Source: Bdellovibrionota bacterium FG-1
GTDB taxonomy: Bacteria; Bdellovibrionota; UBA1018
Length of the DNA: 64,000 bases
Assembly: GCA_051382295.1 (NCBI GenBank)
Contig: JBBCAW010000041.1
Span: 1 to 64,000 of the forward strand
Direction of reading: 5' to 3'
Part shown: positions 61,170-64,000 of the stretch, piece by piece
How the letters are laid out: each line of letters starts with the position of its first letter
How positions within the stretch are numbered: the stretch's first letter is position 1
Position numbers and translations under genes: made by a program
Notes under the pieces: model-generated
The model's input: the letters and a program-made list of their open reading frames with translations, nothing else
Told to the model about the DNA's origin: nothing
Databases searched by the model: none

Positions 61170-63097
61170 CTGTTTGAAAAACCGGACTGGACCGGGACCG
61201 TGGCCACCACAAGGGTCATGTCATCGGGTCGTGCTTTGTCGCCGTCCCCAAAAAATCGTAGGGCCTCGTCTATCACGGAGTCGCAGGCGTGCACCGCCTG
61301 TTGGTTGGCCTCGCCCGCATGGGAGGCCAACATCTTCAGAAATGCAGGCTTGTTGATTTTTGCTCCGTCCGACGGGCGTGATTCCATAATCCCGTCTGTG
61401 TACCAAAACACCCGATCCCCCGGGTGAATTTGAAATAGGGTGCTTTTGACTTCGATAGTGGCATTTTCGCCCAAAGAGGCGATTCGAGCGCCCATAAGTG
61501 GCTTAAAGCATTTGATTGGGTTGCTGGCGGCTTTGTTGTCGGGGCTGCCGAAACCCTCGGGTTTTCGGTAGATGTAGATCGGTGGGTGGGACGCGTTGGT
61601 CATCGTCATTTGACCTGTTTTTAGGTCAATAATCGAAGCCACAAAGGTCATGGTGGATTGGTGTCCCCCTGCGGCCACCACCACTGAGTTGAGTGACGAG
61701 ATGAGGATCTCCATTGAAACCAGTTCCTCGGGTTTTTTAGAAAATTGATCCATGAGTAGCGAAAAGGCGCTATGTGCGGCTGCGGTCACCAGAGCCGCCG
61801 AAACCCCATGACCGGTCACGTCCCCTACGACCACAATCAGCTGATCTCCGATCTGCGAGTAGTGCCACCAATCCCCAGCGCACTCGGAGGCGGGGACGTA
61901 TCTCCCCGCAATGGAGATGGCAGCATTGTCAAAAGGCTTTGCTGGAAAAAATCGGCTCTGAACCGTCTGCGCGGTCTCGAGTTCTTTTTCCATTCGCGCC
62001 TTTTCAGCGGTTTGGATCATCAGTTCATCAATTTTATTGGCCATGACATTAAACGAATGAGCCAGGCCCCCCACTTCGTCCTTGGACATTCCCTGGGTGT
62101 TCACACGCACTGAGAAGTCGCCGTTAGCCACTTTTTGGGTTGCATGCCACATTTCTCTCAGCTTACGGGTGAGTGTCCGAACTGAAAGCAAAGTCGCCCC
62201 GGTTGCCAGCAATAAAATACTCAGACCCAACACTAAGGAGCGGGCCACTAACTGTTTGGCAGCGACAAAGGCCGTATCTCGTGAAATCAAACTTGTGACC
62301 GTGAGCTTTTTCGAACCCAGCCGCTGATAACCTGCAATATACTCCTTGCCTCGATGATTCCAATCGCGCACTCCGGATTCAAAGGTCCCCGAAGTAAGAG
62401 CGCGCGAAAACGCATCAAATGCCTCGGGGGCAATTGTCCCCTCGGTCGATGGTTTGGTCAGCAGTGTGTGGCCGAGGTGATCCACCAAACGGATCTCATA
62501 ATTTTTGCCTCCATCTTTAAGAAAACCCGCATCGAGTTGTGTCAGCGTAAAAAACGCCACCGGCTTGCCCTCTCCGTCGGTCGCTCTCACTCCTACCGGA
62601 ATGCGCGGAGTCCCGTTGGCGACCGGGATTGGAATTCCGATGAGGATCGGCTCTTGATCAAACGCTTGCGGAGTCCATCCAACGAGCGCTAACGCCTCTG
62701 TATAGTGAGCACTTTCAGCATCACCGACGTGCGCGAGCAACTCAAAGTGCTCAGTGTCGGAAGGGCGCAAAACCAGCGCGCCCGTAATCCCGAGTTCCTT
62801 CGAGTATTGATTAAACAATGCCTGAGCAGGTGAGGATGCTCCAGGCGTAGGGTTAACGGGATCATTTGCTCGAACGAGATTGCTGACCATCCGGCCTACG
62901 GAATTAATTTTTTGAAATCGAGAATCAATTTTATCAGCGGCGGATTTAACCTCTGCTAAGGTGTAATCGTAAATATAAGAAACCTTGTCTTCAATGATCA
63001 AATGGGTCCCCACATAGAGGTACGAAAGCAAACTGATCGCCAGCGCTCCGATGATCAAAATCAGGATTTTGAATCGAATAGATAATTGAGTTTTCAA
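61166..63097 (-). CDS. Membrane HAMP-SpoIIE (PP2C) phosphatase
   Basis: Two TMs, HAMP (DEVGGLAHSFN), AGDW, GDVTGHG, YTDG, DDMT. Confidence 0.93.
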   Translation of the reverse strand: MKTQLSIRFKILILIIGALAISLLSYLYVGTHLIIEDKVSYIYDYTLAEVKSAADKIDSRFQKINSVGRMVSNLVRANDPVNPTPGASSPAQALFNQYSKELGITGALVLRPSDTEHFELLAHVGDAESAHYTEALALVGWTPQAFDQEPILIGIPIPVANGTPRIPVGVRATDGEGKPVAFFTLTQLDAGFLKDGGKNYEIRLVDHLGHTLLTKPSTEGTIAPEAFDAFSRALTSGTFESGVRDWNHRGKEYIAGYQRLGSKKLTVTSLISRDTAFVAAKQLVARSLVLGLSILLLATGATLLSVRTLTRKLREMWHATQKVANGDFSVRVNTQGMSKDEVGGLAHSFNVMANKIDELMIQTAEKARMEKELETAQTVQSRFFPAKPFDNAAISIAGRYVPASECAGDWWHYSQIGDQLIVVVGDVTGHGVSAALVTAAAHSAFSLLMDQFSKKPEELVSMEILISSLNSVVVAAGGHQSTMTFVASIIDLKTGQMTMTNASHPPIYIYRKPEGFGSPDNKAASNPIKCFKPLMGARIASLGENATIEVKSTLFQIHPGDRVFWYTDGIMESRPSDGAKINKPAFLKMLASHAGEANQQAVHACDSVIDEALRFFGDGDKARPDDMTLVVATVPVQSGFSNS

Positions 63098-63123
63098 TGG
63101 TAAAGGGGGTCTCCTTAGTTTTC

Positions 63124-63174
63124 TTATCGACGAACGAGTTCAAGGCTTGAGTCTTTGTTGATAAATTCCGATAG
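63124..63174. promoter_or_regulatory. Divergent sigma-28-like promoters
   Basis: Minus strand TCAAG-N14-GTCGATAA (63150-63124); weaker plus strand TGAG-N15-TCCGATAG (63148-63174). Confidence 0.5.
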
Positions 63175-63196
63175 GCTTTATTGAGAAATCAAAGAC

Positions 63197-64000
63197 ATGC
63201 CTCTGGGAATAACGTTCAAGAAACGTCCAATAGTTACCAATAGTTCCGCCGGAGTAGTGACGGCTCCTCCAGACCGTGCTGATTGGGTGGTGGCTTTCTT
63301 TTGCCTCCTTTTGGGTCTTCTGGGTCTGCGGGCCGTTAACGATCCGGTCTTATGGAACGAATTACTGAGTCGCGAAGGGGTGACCGAGGTGATGGGTTCC
63401 CTTGAACGCAAGCAAGGGGGCGTGCGATTTAAAGCCCATGGGTCCCCCCTCTGGCATGATTTAGTGGTGGGGGCTGAGGATCTTTCAGCGGGCGACACGG
63501 TTTTTACGGCTGAGGATGGCAAGGCTCACCTTTTATTGAAAGATGGAAGTTCCGCGGACATCATGCCGGGGTCGCTCATCGTAGTGGGCCGTACGGCCGA
63601 ACTGGAAGGCGGACCAAGCGATTGGCTCAAGGGTGCCTTTCGTGAACTTCTCACGGGGCGCGTGAGTTCTTCTATTTTAAAAGTAGAAAAAGGGTCTGCC
63701 AAGGTCAACCTCAACAAAGATGCCACACCCACTCGTCTCAAGATCAAAGACAAACTCTATATGCTGAGTTCGCACATCGGCGGATCATCCGCCGATGTGA
63801 CCGTCGACATTGGCGCAAATCCTGGCGAGGTGAGCGCGCGTTTTTCGTCTGGTTCGGCCGGAAAAGTGCAGATTCAAGAAGAAACCGGTCAAAAAATCTC
63901 GGAGGTCGGCGCGGGCGAAACCGCACTCGTTCGCGAGGGAAGCAAAGGCCTTGAGCTTCAGCCTATTTCGGTGGCTCTGGGGCAGCCGTCACCCGGGGAT
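63197..64000 (+). CDS. FecR-domain membrane protein (runs off window end)
   Basis: Manual translation from ATG 63197 gives a TM, then GDTVFTAEDGKAHLLLKDGSSADIMPGSLIVV; absent from the ORF track, consistent with no stop before the edge. Confidence 0.8.
   Translation, partial: MPLGITFKKRPIVTNSSAGVVTAPPDRADWVVAFFCLLLGLLGLRAVNDPVLWNELLSREGVTEVMGSLERKQGGVRFKAHGSPLWHDLVVGAEDLSAGDTVFTAEDGKAHLLLKDGSSADIMPGSLIVVGRTAELEGGPSDWLKGAFRELLTGRVSSSILKVEKGSAKVNLNKDATPTRLKIKDKLYMLSSHIGGSSADVTVDIGANPGEVSARFSSGSAGKVQIQEETGQKISEVGAGETALVREGSKGLELQPISVALGQPSPGD

Overview
A gene-dense bacterial chromosomal window of roughly 50% GC with about 50 supportable CDSs and no rRNA, tRNA or CRISPR array. The gene content (TIGR02147-type HTH protein, stand-alone Y1 HUH protein, many secreted hypothetical proteins, S8 and metzincin proteases, sigma-28-like promoters) suggests a Bdellovibrionota/Oligoflexia-like organism; this is an inference. 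Recognisable genes include hppA, uppP, htpX, an HPF-family gene, mnmA, ygiQ, srkA, ppk2, fadB and fadA, plus SNF2 and DUF3516 helicases, an MCP, a PAS kinase/NarL pair, a GMC dehydrogenase and a PP2C phosphatase. Mobile DNA comprises the 3' end of an IS200-type element, a 161-bp MITE with 13-bp TIRs and an 8-bp target duplication, and a 101-bp element with 26-bp perfect inverted repeats. The most interesting candidates are: (1) a ~330-nt highly structured minus-strand RNA bounded by a promoter and a terminator (42212-42540); (2) a domain-permuted dikinase plus MFS transporter cassette; (3) a signal-peptide protein with a C-terminal PD-(D/E)xK-like motif set; (4) an MCP plus diheme cytochrome c operon with a NarL-type box and a sigma-28-like promoter, next to a PAS kinase/NarL pair; (5) a giant secreted protein translationally coupled to a subtilase; (6) an internally deleted HEPN gene. 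All family calls come from motif recognition by eye; no database searches were run.
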